The notes: generated from the letters alone by a model not told the origin. A DNA stretch of 64,000 bases from an uncultured Prevotellaceae bacterium (GCA_900314715.1 OMWI01000007.1:43841-107840), one strand, 5' to 3'; counted from the stretch's first letter, positions 49,068 to 57,307 are shown. Program-made: numbers and translations.

Positions 49068-50901
49068 CGAGTACGAGATTCGCCAAATGCCATTGTCGGT
49101 TAAGTTCGTAAGACAACAGGTGGAGGCTTTTCTGCAAAGAAATGGTCTGCGTTTGGAGTCTATGGATTACTATGCTGCCGTGTTTGCACATGGTGGTGAA
49201 GAGATGTTGGCTGGAGGTGGACTCAATGGAAATGTCATCAAGTGTATTGCCGTGAAACAAGGATTGCGTGATGCGAAGTTAAGCTTAACTATCATCTCTC
49301 ATCTCATCAGTACGGCTGCTTCATACGGTATTCATCATTTGAAGATTTTTACCAAACCCGAAAACCAAAAGATGTTTGAGAGTTTGGGATTCCAGACGAT
49401 AGCGAAGTCAGAACATGCTATCTTGCAGGAAAATGATAATTCGCTTGCATCGTATAAACGTCAATTGGCTTCGTTGAAAAAGAATGTTCCTACGGGAATC
49501 ATCATCATGAATGCCAATCCCTTTACCAAAGGGCATCGTTATCTCATTGAACAAGCCGCCCAACAAGTAGAACATCTCATTGTGATGGTGGTAGAGGAAG
49601 ATGTTTCTCGTTTCTCCTACGCGGAGCGAAAAGCGATGGTAGAAATGGGATGTCATGATTTGTCGAACGTAACGGTGTGCTCTACGGGTAGTTATGCGGT
49701 ATCTTCCGCAACGTTTCCCACTTATTTCCTGAAGGAAATCAGCATGGCTACGGATACGCAAATTATGCTCGACCTTCATTTATTCGCTACTCATATCGCC
49801 CCAACGTTGAATGTTCAAGTTCGTTTCGTTGGTAGTGAACCAACTGATGCGCTCACTCAGCGATATAATGAGTTGATGAAAGAATACCTACCCACGCAAG
49901 GGATTGAGGTTAAGGAAGTTTCTCGATTGCATCAAGACAATGTTCATGTGAGTGCATCTGCACTTCGTGAGTGTTTGAAAGCACATTCCTTGCAAAAGGC
50001 TTCTGCTTTAGCTTATCCCACAAGCATTCCGTATTTGATAGCCGACCTTGCTTGTCAATCGCTTCAAAAAGAACTTGACTTGACTCCGAAACCAGGTTTG
50101 GTTGACCAACATGATAATGGTGCGCATACGGATATGGATTATGAATTGATGAAAAAGAGCATTCACGCTCTTCGTCCATATTTCGATGAATTGGCATTGT
50201 TAGGATGGAATGTTGATAAACCATACGTTTACGATGTCCAAACGATAGGTTTACGAGCCCTAAACGATATGTTTGCAACCACTAAAGGTGTGAATACTCA
50301 TAAGGGGGCTTTGTTCTCGTTGGGATTGGCGGTAGTTGGCGGTGCTTATCTGATGCATCGGAAGGGAAAAGTTGAGGCTCATGAGTTGCAACAATTCATG
50401 ATGGAGATGGCTCGTCAATTCCCAGATTCAAAGGGAACTCATGGTAGTGAAGTGACTGAGAAATATCATATTGACGGAGTGCTTGCCATTGCTCGTAAAG
50501 GTTATCCTGATTTGTTCGACAAATGGTTGCCCTTCCTTAAAAATGAAGAACTAAGAATGAAGAATGAAGAATTGGCTAACTCAGTCGGTTCTCTGTCAAA
50601 TGATTCTCCATCTTTCGTTCTTCATACCACATTATTATATATAATGTCTATGCTCGATGACACCAACGTGTATTATCGAAGAGGAGAAGAAGGGGCAAGG
50701 ATGGTGAAAGAGGAAGCAGGGAGATTGTTAAATCAAGCATGTGGAATGATGAATGATGAATCATTTTCAGCAAATTCTTCTCAACAAACCAATTCTTCAT
50801 TAGAGAAAATGAACAAGAGATTCATTGCGGAAAACATTTCACCTGGAGGTAGTGCGGATATGCTTGCGCTCACTCTCTTGGTGAATTCATTAGTAGAATA
50901 A
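49048..50901 (+). CDS. Fusion protein: [citrate (pro-3S)-lyase] ligase (CitC) N-terminal half plus triphosphoribosyl-dephospho-CoA synthase (CitG) C-terminal half
   Basis: CitC motif MNANPFTKGHRYLIEQAA, and CitG motifs LDLTPKPGLVDQHDNGAHTDMDY and ISPGGSADMLAL, all in one uninterrupted 617-aa frame. Confidence 0.85.
   Translation: MMPMHNDEYEIRQMPLSVKFVRQQVEAFLQRNGLRLESMDYYAAVFAHGGEEMLAGGGLNGNVIKCIAVKQGLRDAKLSLTIISHLISTAASYGIHHLKIFTKPENQKMFESLGFQTIAKSEHAILQENDNSLASYKRQLASLKKNVPTGIIIMNANPFTKGHRYLIEQAAQQVEHLIVMVVEEDVSRFSYAERKAMVEMGCHDLSNVTVCSTGSYAVSSATFPTYFLKEISMATDTQIMLDLHLFATHIAPTLNVQVRFVGSEPTDALTQRYNELMKEYLPTQGIEVKEVSRLHQDNVHVSASALRECLKAHSLQKASALAYPTSIPYLIADLACQSLQKELDLTPKPGLVDQHDNGAHTDMDYELMKKSIHALRPYFDELALLGWNVDKPYVYDVQTIGLRALNDMFATTKGVNTHKGALFSLGLAVVGGAYLMHRKGKVEAHELQQFMMEMARQFPDSKGTHGSEVTEKYHIDGVLAIARKGYPDLFDKWLPFLKNEELRMKNEELANSVGSLSNDSPSFVLHTTLLYIMSMLDDTNVYYRRGEEGARMVKEEAGRLLNQACGMMNDESFSANSSQQTNSSLEKMNKRFIAENISPGGSADMLALTLLVNSLVE
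50541..50575. repeat. Intragenic 7-nt periodic array (aatgaag/aactaag/aatgaag/aatgaag/aattgg) inside the CitG half
   Basis: Encodes KNEELRMKNEEL. The 13-mer aatgaagaattgg (50563-50575) is the exact reverse complement of ccaattcttcatt (50789-50801). Confidence 0.85.
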
Positions 50902-50929
50902 TTATTAATTAATATTTAAAAATAACATT

Positions 50930-53170
50930 ATGGTTGAATTAATCCAACAAGGAGTCTATCTTCTCAACGGTAAAGAAATCGTGAAAGATGCGGCTAATAT
51001 GCCTGCTCCTGAAGTTGCTCGTGAGAACACGATTACTTACAACATCCTACGTGCACATGATGTGGATGGTAGTAAGGGTAAGAAAATGCGCATTCGCTTT
51101 GATGCGATGATGTCGCACGACATTACTTATGTGGGAATCATCCAAACGGCACGTGCCAGTGGATTGGAAAAGTTCCCTCTTCCTTACGCTATGACTAACT
51201 GTCACAACTCTTTGTGTGCGGTAGGTGGTACTATCAATGAAGACGACCATGTATTTGGCTTGTCTGCTGCCAAGAAATATGGTGGTATCTATGTTCCTGC
51301 TAATCAAGCCGTGATTCACCAATATGCACGTGAGGCAATGGTGAAATGCGGAAACATGATTCTTGGTTCTGATTCTCACACACGTTATGGTTCGCTCGGA
51401 AACATGGGTGTTGGTGAAGGTGGAGGCGAATTGGTAAAACAATTGCTTCGCAATACTTGGGACATCAATGCGCCAGAGGTAGTGCTTGTTTGGTTGGAAG
51501 GCAAACCACGTCGTGGCGTTGGTCCTCACGATGTTGCTATCTCTATGGTAAAGGCTGTCTTCGATAATGGCTTTGTGAAAAACAAAGTATTGGAGTTTGC
51601 TGGTCCTGGTGTGAAAGAGTTGCCTATCGACTTCCGTAACGGTATTGATATCATGACTACTGAGACTACTTGCTTGAGTAGTATTTGGATTACTGATGAT
51701 GAGGTGAAACACCATTATGAGATTCATAATCGCCCAGAGGATTATAAGGAATTGCAACCTGGTGATGTGGCTTATTATGATGGAATGATTCGTATCGACC
51801 TCAGTACGCAAGAGAGTATGATTGCCTTGCCATTCCACCCATCTAATGCTTACACCATTCATGAATTGCAAGAGAATCCCGCAGAAATCTTGCGTAAGGT
51901 GGAGGAAGATGCCAAGAAACGTTTTGGCGATAAAGTAAATGTAAGTCTTATTGATAAGATTGTGAATGGTAAGGTGGTATCCGACCAAGGTATCATTGCA
52001 GGATGTTCGGGTGGTACATACGACAATCTTAGTGCTGCTGCTACGATATTGAAAGGTCAGAATGTAGGTAATGATTATTTCACCATTTCTGCTTATCCAC
52101 AATCAACTCCAGTTTACATGGCAGCTACTCGCAATGGTATTGCTGAGGAATTGCTGGAAGCTGGCGTAGTGATTAAGCCTGCTTTCTGTGGTCCATGTTT
52201 CGGTGCTGGTGATGTTCCTTCCAATAATGGTTTGTCTATCCGCCACACTACTCGCAACTTCCCCAACCGTGAAGGTTCTAAACCAGGTCAAGGACAGATT
52301 TCGTTAGTGGCTTTGATGGATGCTCGTTCTATTGCAGCAACGGCTGCTAATGGTGGTGTGATTACCGCTGCTACGGATATCGAATTCGAAGATACGCACA
52401 AGCCATATACTTTCGATGCTAAGATTTACGAGCATCGTGTATTCAATGGCTATGGTAAGGAGAATACCGACCAACCTTTGCGTTATGGTCCTAATATCAA
52501 GGACTGGCCAACCATGTATCCTATGCAAGAGAATATGTTGTTGGAGTTAGCAGCAGTTATCCATGATCCAGTAACTACGACGGATGAGTTGATTCCATCA
52601 GGCGAAACTTCCAGTTATCGTTCCAATCCGTTGAAACTATCTGAATTCGCCCTTTCTCGTCGCGTTCCTGAGTATGTTGGCATTAGCAAACGCATACAAG
52701 CACAAGACTTGGAACGTCGTGCAGGTAATGTGCCTGAACATGTAGCAAAGGCCCTTGCTCAAGTTGGTGCAAAAGCAGAAGATACTTCATTTGGTTCATG
52801 TGTGTTTGCCAATCGTCCTGGTGACGGTTCTGCTCGTGAACAAGCTGCATCTTGTCAGAAGGTATTGGGTGGTGATGCAAACATCTGCTATGAGTATGCT
52901 ACCAAGCGTTATCGTTCTAATTGTATCAACTGGGGAATTGTTCCGTTTACCATTGCCAAGGAAACACCATTCGATTATGAAGCTGGTGATTTCGTGTATG
53001 TTCCTGGTATTCGCGAGGCAATCATCTCTGGTAAAGAGGAAATTGATGCTCAAGTGATTACGAAGGATGGTGTGAAACCAATCCACCTCTTCTTCCAGAA
53101 TCTCACAAACGATGAACGTACTATCCTTGAAAAGGGCTGCTTAATGAATTATTATAAGAGTAAGAAATAG
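50930..53170 (+). CDS. acn: Aconitate hydratase (~750-aa mitochondrial-like type)
   Basis: GSDSHT, the Fe-S ligand region FCGPCFGAG, and RHTTRNFPNREG. Confidence 0.92.
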   Translation: MVELIQQGVYLLNGKEIVKDAANMPAPEVARENTITYNILRAHDVDGSKGKKMRIRFDAMMSHDITYVGIIQTARASGLEKFPLPYAMTNCHNSLCAVGGTINEDDHVFGLSAAKKYGGIYVPANQAVIHQYAREAMVKCGNMILGSDSHTRYGSLGNMGVGEGGGELVKQLLRNTWDINAPEVVLVWLEGKPRRGVGPHDVAISMVKAVFDNGFVKNKVLEFAGPGVKELPIDFRNGIDIMTTETTCLSSIWITDDEVKHHYEIHNRPEDYKELQPGDVAYYDGMIRIDLSTQESMIALPFHPSNAYTIHELQENPAEILRKVEEDAKKRFGDKVNVSLIDKIVNGKVVSDQGIIAGCSGGTYDNLSAAATILKGQNVGNDYFTISAYPQSTPVYMAATRNGIAEELLEAGVVIKPAFCGPCFGAGDVPSNNGLSIRHTTRNFPNREGSKPGQGQISLVALMDARSIAATAANGGVITAATDIEFEDTHKPYTFDAKIYEHRVFNGYGKENTDQPLRYGPNIKDWPTMYPMQENMLLELAAVIHDPVTTTDELIPSGETSSYRSNPLKLSEFALSRRVPEYVGISKRIQAQDLERRAGNVPEHVAKALAQVGAKAEDTSFGSCVFANRPGDGSAREQAASCQKVLGGDANICYEYATKRYRSNCINWGIVPFTIAKETPFDYEAGDFVYVPGIREAIISGKEEIDAQVITKDGVKPIHLFFQNLTNDERTILEKGCLMNYYKSKK

Positions 53171-53175
53171 TAATA

Positions 53176-53239
53176 GTTGAGTGTTTAGTGTTCTATATGA
53201 ATCGCTAAACACTAAACACTAAACACTCAACACTAAACA
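53176..53239 (+). repeat. 7-bp repeat arrays forming a perfect 17-bp stem-loop between the aconitase and icd genes
   Basis: gttgagtgtttagtgtt (53176-53192) pairs with aacactaaacactcaac (53215-53231). The right arm is a ctaaaca x5 array. The left-arm 17-mer is identical to 26836-26852. Confidence 0.85.
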
Positions 53240-53247
53240 AAAAAACA

Positions 53248-54459
53248 ATGAGAAATAAAATCCAAATGACCACTCCGCTCGTGGAGATGGATGGCGACGA
53301 GATGACTCGCATCTTGTGGCAAATGATAAAAGATGAATTAATCCTTCCTTTCGTTGACCTCAAAACGGAGTATTACGACCTTGGTTTGGTGAAACGTGAT
53401 GAGACAAATGACCAAATTACCATTGACTCTGCCGAAGCTACGAAGAAATATGGTGTGGCTGTGAAATGTGCTACCATTACGCCTAATGCTCAACGTATGA
53501 CGGAATACAACCTGCATGAAATGTGGAAGAGTCCTAATGGAACCATTCGTTCTATCCTCGATGGTACCGTGTTCCGTACACCTATCACTATTCCAAGCAT
53601 TCACCCTGCCGTGAAGAATTGGGAGAAGCCAATCACGATTGCTCGTCATGCTTACGGTGATGTGTATAAGAGCGTGGAACTCCGTGTGAATGAACCTGGT
53701 GTTGCTAAGTTGGTATTCGATGGCGAAAGTGGTGAACATCAGGAAGTGGTGATTCACAATTTCAAGGGCGAAGGAGTATTGCAAGGAATGCACAATGTGG
53801 ATAAGAGCATCCGTTCTTTCGCACATAGTTGTTTCAAGTTTGCGCTCGACGTTAACGAAAGCGTTTGGTTCTCTACTAAGGATACTATCTCCAAGAAGTA
53901 TGACGCACAATTCCGTGTCATTTTCGACGAGGTATTCCAAGAGTATAAGGATGAGTTCGAAAAACGTGGATTGGAGTATTTCTATACACTTATCGATGAT
54001 GCCGTTGCACGTGTTATCCGTTCGAAAGGTGGATTCATCTGGGCTTGCAAGAACTACGATGGCGACGTGATGAGCGACATGGTCAGCACGGCATTCGGTT
54101 CGCTTGCCATGATGACTTCCGTACTTGTTTCTCCTGATGGCAATTATGAGTATGAGGCTGCCCACGGTACCGTTACTCGCCACTATTACAAGTATCTACA
54201 AGGTGAGGAAACCAGTACCAACCCAATGGCAACTATCTTCGCATGGAGTGGGGCACTCCGCAAGCGTGGAGAGAAAGATGGTATCAAGGAACTCATGAAC
54301 TTTGGCGACCAACTCGAAGCTGCATGTTTCGATACACTCAATGAGGGCATTTGTACCAAAGACCTCGTAAACCTCATGGAAGGCATTGAACCAAAGGCTG
54401 TCAACTCCGCAGGTTTCATCGCAGCTATCCGCGAGCGTTTGGAGAAAAGATTGGCATAA
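53248..54459 (+). CDS. icd: NADP-dependent isocitrate dehydrogenase (eukaryote-like homodimeric type)
   Basis: VEMDGDEMTRILW, KCATITPN and NYDGDVMSD; 403 aa. Confidence 0.92.
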   Translation: MRNKIQMTTPLVEMDGDEMTRILWQMIKDELILPFVDLKTEYYDLGLVKRDETNDQITIDSAEATKKYGVAVKCATITPNAQRMTEYNLHEMWKSPNGTIRSILDGTVFRTPITIPSIHPAVKNWEKPITIARHAYGDVYKSVELRVNEPGVAKLVFDGESGEHQEVVIHNFKGEGVLQGMHNVDKSIRSFAHSCFKFALDVNESVWFSTKDTISKKYDAQFRVIFDEVFQEYKDEFEKRGLEYFYTLIDDAVARVIRSKGGFIWACKNYDGDVMSDMVSTAFGSLAMMTSVLVSPDGNYEYEAAHGTVTRHYYKYLQGEETSTNPMATIFAWSGALRKRGEKDGIKELMNFGDQLEAACFDTLNEGICTKDLVNLMEGIEPKAVNSAGFIAAIRERLEKRLA

Positions 54460-54490
54460 AACAATTACCTTTTACACATACACATAAAGA

Positions 54491-54527
54491 AAATCCGCTG
54501 AGTCTTTCATGATTCAGCGGATTTTTT
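54491..54527 (+). terminator. Rho-independent terminator of the cit-acn-icd unit
   Basis: aaatccgctga / tcagcggattt form a perfect 11-bp stem with a 12-nt loop, followed by a T-run. Confidence 0.85.
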
Positions 54528-54682
54528 AGCACACAAAACGTACTGTGCAATGATACGTCATATATACTTACGCTCCTAACGATGCATTGTAGCGTAATCC
54601 TTTTTAATTGATTGTTGTCCGCTAAAACTATTCAAAATCGTCCGAAAAGCCTTTGTCTGCATACAATCCAATGATGTTCTAT

Positions 54683-54850
54683 CGGCTCAGTCGATATTTA
54701 GTAGGGGAATTAAGATTGAATCTTATTCTTTGCCGTAGTTTCATATCATTGAATTGGCTATCTATTTGAGAAAGGAGAAATGCCTACGGCATCTTCCATG
54801 CATGCTTTGATTATCTAACTATTTTCCCCTACGAAAAAACGACTGAGCCG
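54683..54850. repeat. 168-bp element bounded by 27-bp imperfect inverted repeats, with nested hairpins
   Basis: cggctcagtcgatatttagtaggggaa (54683-54709) versus ttcccctacgaaaaaacgactgagccg (54824-54850). Inner pairs are gccgtag/ctacggc and aagatt/aatctt. It abuts the mgtC stop codon. Confidence 0.8.
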
Positions 54851-55522
54851 TTAATTCTCTATATTCTCAATACTTACGCCATCGAATTGGTCCATGAGGT
54901 CAATGATGCGCATTTCGTATTTGTCGCGCTTAATTTTGATGTCCATGTTCACGCGATAGACTACGCCAGAAGCAATGTGCGTCTCCTTCATGCTATATGA
55001 ATCGAGTTCCATTCCGTCATTGCGTAGGTTATCAAGTATCTTACGAATGTCTTCTTGTGTGGGAGAAGTAAAGACCACGTTGATGATGCGCTTGCCAAAT
55101 CGGTGCAATATCCAGTTGAATGCCTCAAGACTTATCAGTACCAATACGGTAGACGAAATGGCAAGTAAATACATCCCACCTCCACACGTTAAACCGATGG
55201 CTGCCGTTACCCATAGGCCTGCTGCTGTGGTAAGTCCCTTCACCACATGCTTTTGGAAGATAATCGTACCAGCGCCGATGAATCCGATACCCGTTACCAC
55301 TTGTGCCGCGATACGCGATACGTCCAAACGATGTTCGGTAGAGATAAGTGCCCCTTCGAAACCGTATGCGGAGATAACCATGAAAAGGGCCGAACCTAAG
55401 GCTACGAGGAAGTGGGTGCGGAATCCTGCTTCCTTTGAACGATATTCACGTTCCAATCCAATAATACCGCCTAATACGGCTGCTATGGTAATTCTTAAAA
55501 TGAAATCTGTTGTCATTGACAT
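54851..55522 (-). CDS. mgtC: MgtC/SapB-family membrane protein
   Basis: ILRITIAAVLGGIIGLEREYRSKEAGFRTH is the MgtC signature; 223 aa. Confidence 0.88.
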   Translation of the reverse strand: MSMTTDFILRITIAAVLGGIIGLEREYRSKEAGFRTHFLVALGSALFMVISAYGFEGALISTEHRLDVSRIAAQVVTGIGFIGAGTIIFQKHVVKGLTTAAGLWVTAAIGLTCGGGMYLLAISSTVLVLISLEAFNWILHRFGKRIINVVFTSPTQEDIRKILDNLRNDGMELDSYSMKETHIASGVVYRVNMDIKIKRDKYEMRIIDLMDQFDGVSIENIEN

Positions 55523-55534
55523 AGGAGTTGATTT

Positions 55535-56617
55535 TTATGAGTTTTGTTTTTTAGGAATGAATAACGAAAGAAGAATGCTGACGGTCAATACGGAGACAAT
55601 GACCAACAGCGACCATATTGCATCGATTTCCACGTAATCGTGGAGTAGGAGTTTGACACCAATGAAAAGCAGCAATATGCAGATGCCTGGTTTGAGAAAG
55701 CGAAACTTGTCTGCTATTCCTGCCAACAGGAAGAACATGGCACGCAATCCAACGATGGCCAGAATGTTGGAGAAGAACACCACGTAAGGGTCGAGCGATA
55801 CGGAGAAGGCAGCAGGTATGCTATCGAATGCAAAGACGATGTCTGCTAATTCGATGAAGATAACCGTTACCAACAAGGGCGTGATACACCATTTTCCCCC
55901 TTTGCTCTTTGTTGCCACTTCCATTTCACCATGAGTCTTCTTGGCTCGAACGAAGAAAGCATCACCATGAAAATGCGGATAGATGCGGAAGAACTTGGAT
56001 AGGAGTCTAACGGCAAAATGATTTTGCACGTCAATGGCCTCTTCTTGTTCTTTTTCAAAGAGAATCTTGATGCCATTGTATATGAGCAAGAGTCCGAACA
56101 CCAATAATATCCAGTCGAATCTCGCAATGAGTGAAGTTCCTACGAAGATGAAGATGAAACGCAATACGATAGCTCCAAAGATACCCCAATTGAGAACGTG
56201 CTGATATTCCACTTTGCTCACACCGAACGAGGTAAATATGAGGAGCATCACGAAAAGATTGTCTACCGACAATGTCTTTTCCAAGAGATAAGCGGAAAGA
56301 TATGCGATAGACATATTGTGACGATACAATGATACACCGCCTTCAAAGTCGTTGGTATCAATATGGAGGTGAGAGGCATATCGTTGAGTCACGTCTTGCA
56401 AGTCGCCCATGTTCTCTATGCCATGTACCATATCACCGTGAAACCACAGGAAACCAGCGAAGCAGAATGCAAGGGCAACCCATACGGCCGTCCACAATCC
56501 CGCTTCCTTCATGGACACCTCGTGGGCTTTGCGGTCGATGACCAACATGTCGATGAGCAAGATACCCACGATGAAGGCAATGAATAGGACAAAGAATATC
56601 GTTTCTGTTGAAAACAT
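55535..56617 (-). CDS. terC: TerC/Alx-family integral membrane protein
   Basis: Multi-TM with the LSVDNLFVMLLIF and ELADIVFAFDSIPA duplicated TerC motifs. Confidence 0.85.
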   Translation of the reverse strand: MFSTETIFFVLFIAFIVGILLIDMLVIDRKAHEVSMKEAGLWTAVWVALAFCFAGFLWFHGDMVHGIENMGDLQDVTQRYASHLHIDTNDFEGGVSLYRHNMSIAYLSAYLLEKTLSVDNLFVMLLIFTSFGVSKVEYQHVLNWGIFGAIVLRFIFIFVGTSLIARFDWILLVFGLLLIYNGIKILFEKEQEEAIDVQNHFAVRLLSKFFRIYPHFHGDAFFVRAKKTHGEMEVATKSKGGKWCITPLLVTVIFIELADIVFAFDSIPAAFSVSLDPYVVFFSNILAIVGLRAMFFLLAGIADKFRFLKPGICILLLFIGVKLLLHDYVEIDAIWSLLVIVSVLTVSILLSLFIPKKQNS

Positions 56618-56669
56618 ATTATTATCAATGTGTAAAACAAAGTGAAGTCATAAATAACATTTCATGATG

Positions 56670-56677
56670 CAAAAATA
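56670..56677 (-). promoter_or_regulatory. -7 promoter box (TAttTTTG) for terC-mgtC
   Basis: Exact TAnnTTTG, ~53 nt upstream of the terC ATG. Confidence 0.5.
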
Positions 56678-56867
56678 CAAAATAAAAGTGAATTGGTTTA
56701 TTAGAATAAACACTTTTTTGTGGATTGTCAAGTTTAACATAGATAATTTACATGCAGTGACATGATTTTATTGCTGATTGTTCGTTATATACAAGTTATC
56801 TATAAGACATCTACAAAAATTTTTATAATTTTTCTCCATAATAGAATTATAAATGTAATTTTTTGTT

Positions 56868-56875
56868 TATCTTTG
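56868..56875 (+). promoter_or_regulatory. -7 promoter box (TAtcTTTG) preceding the candidate structured RNA
   Basis: Exact TAnnTTTG with a T-rich upstream region. It is the only exact box I find on the plus strand between 56618 and 57434. Confidence 0.5.
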
Positions 56876-56879
56876 CAAC

Positions 56880-57307
56880 AGACTCTCAATTTCTTTTAGA
56901 CTAGGTGCATCATAAGACTTGCATTAAATCACTAAGAGAAGATATTCCACGCCGAGCCAAGTGAGGCGAAAACTGCTATAACAAGGTGGGTATTGGGTGG
57001 GAGAGAGTCGTTAAATATATAGTAAAAAGGCGTTTACTTAGACGCTCATCTCTACGTTCCAAACTTCGAACATCTGGAAACCCTGTAGTTGATGACGCAA
57101 CAGTAGATGTCCTCGGGATGTGTATATACATGTTCCCTTGTTTGCAAATTGGGTATTTGATTTAGATATGCCTAATATGTTGTTTTGCAAGGGTGTATTA
57201 TATTCATATCGGCGTGGGCTTCGGAGTTGCTTATCTTTACAGGGTGGCAAGTTCGAAGGCCAGGAACGTGAGATAAGTGACAGGCACGAATCTCACGCTT
57301 CTTTTTT
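56880..57307 (+). ncRNA. Candidate ~430-nt structured RNA of unrecognised class (stand-alone RNA or long attenuating leader of the downstream operon)
   Basis: Bounded by a -7 box and an intrinsic terminator. Local G+C is ~50% (hand count) against ~25% in the flanks. Several long-range complementarities: 56881-87/57003-09, 56947-53/57211-17, 57081-87/57238-44, 57135-40/57188-93. No convincing ORF. Confidence 0.5.
57267..57307 (+). terminator. Rho-independent terminator at the 3' end of the candidate RNA
   Basis: cgtgagat / atctcacg form an 8-bp stem (plus an inner gtg/cac), followed by cttctttttt. Confidence 0.75.

Noticed and set aside
51047-52102. A 351-aa ORF on the minus strand. Similar long antisense ORFs occur at 53338-54183, 54975-55637, 16618-17091, 37037-37543, 38667-39179, 46085-46567 and 48585-49064.
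   Set aside because: All lie entirely antisense within strongly supported genes (aconitase, icd, mgtC/terC, patatin, susE/F-like, citE, citX). Their translations are low-complexity and motif-free. They are shadow ORFs.
45743-54459. The TonB-dependent receptor at 43017-45125 as a ferric-citrate importer feeding the citrate lyase operon.
   Set aside because: It is transcribed divergently from its own promoter, together with a metal-type Cys/His protein and an RNA-modification enzyme. Nothing in the sequence specifies citrate. This is pure guilt-by-proximity.
54683-54850. An invertible promoter (shufflon-type switch) between the 27-bp inverted repeats.
   Set aside because: There is no exact TAnnTTTG box inside the element (only TAttcTTTG with wrong spacing). 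There is no site-specific recombinase gene in the window. Both flanking genes end, rather than start, at this gap. I kept it only as an unexplained IR element.
56880-57307. The ~430-nt RNA candidate being RNase P RNA or tmRNA, which would fit its size.
   Set aside because: There is no GGAAAGUCC (P4) or ACAGAA..CCGGCUUA-type element for RNase P. There is no 5' GGGG / 3' tRNA-like acceptor-T-arm ending in CCA, and no Ala-Ala-stop tag frame for tmRNA. The GUUCGAA at 57251-57257 is not flanked by a proper T-stem.
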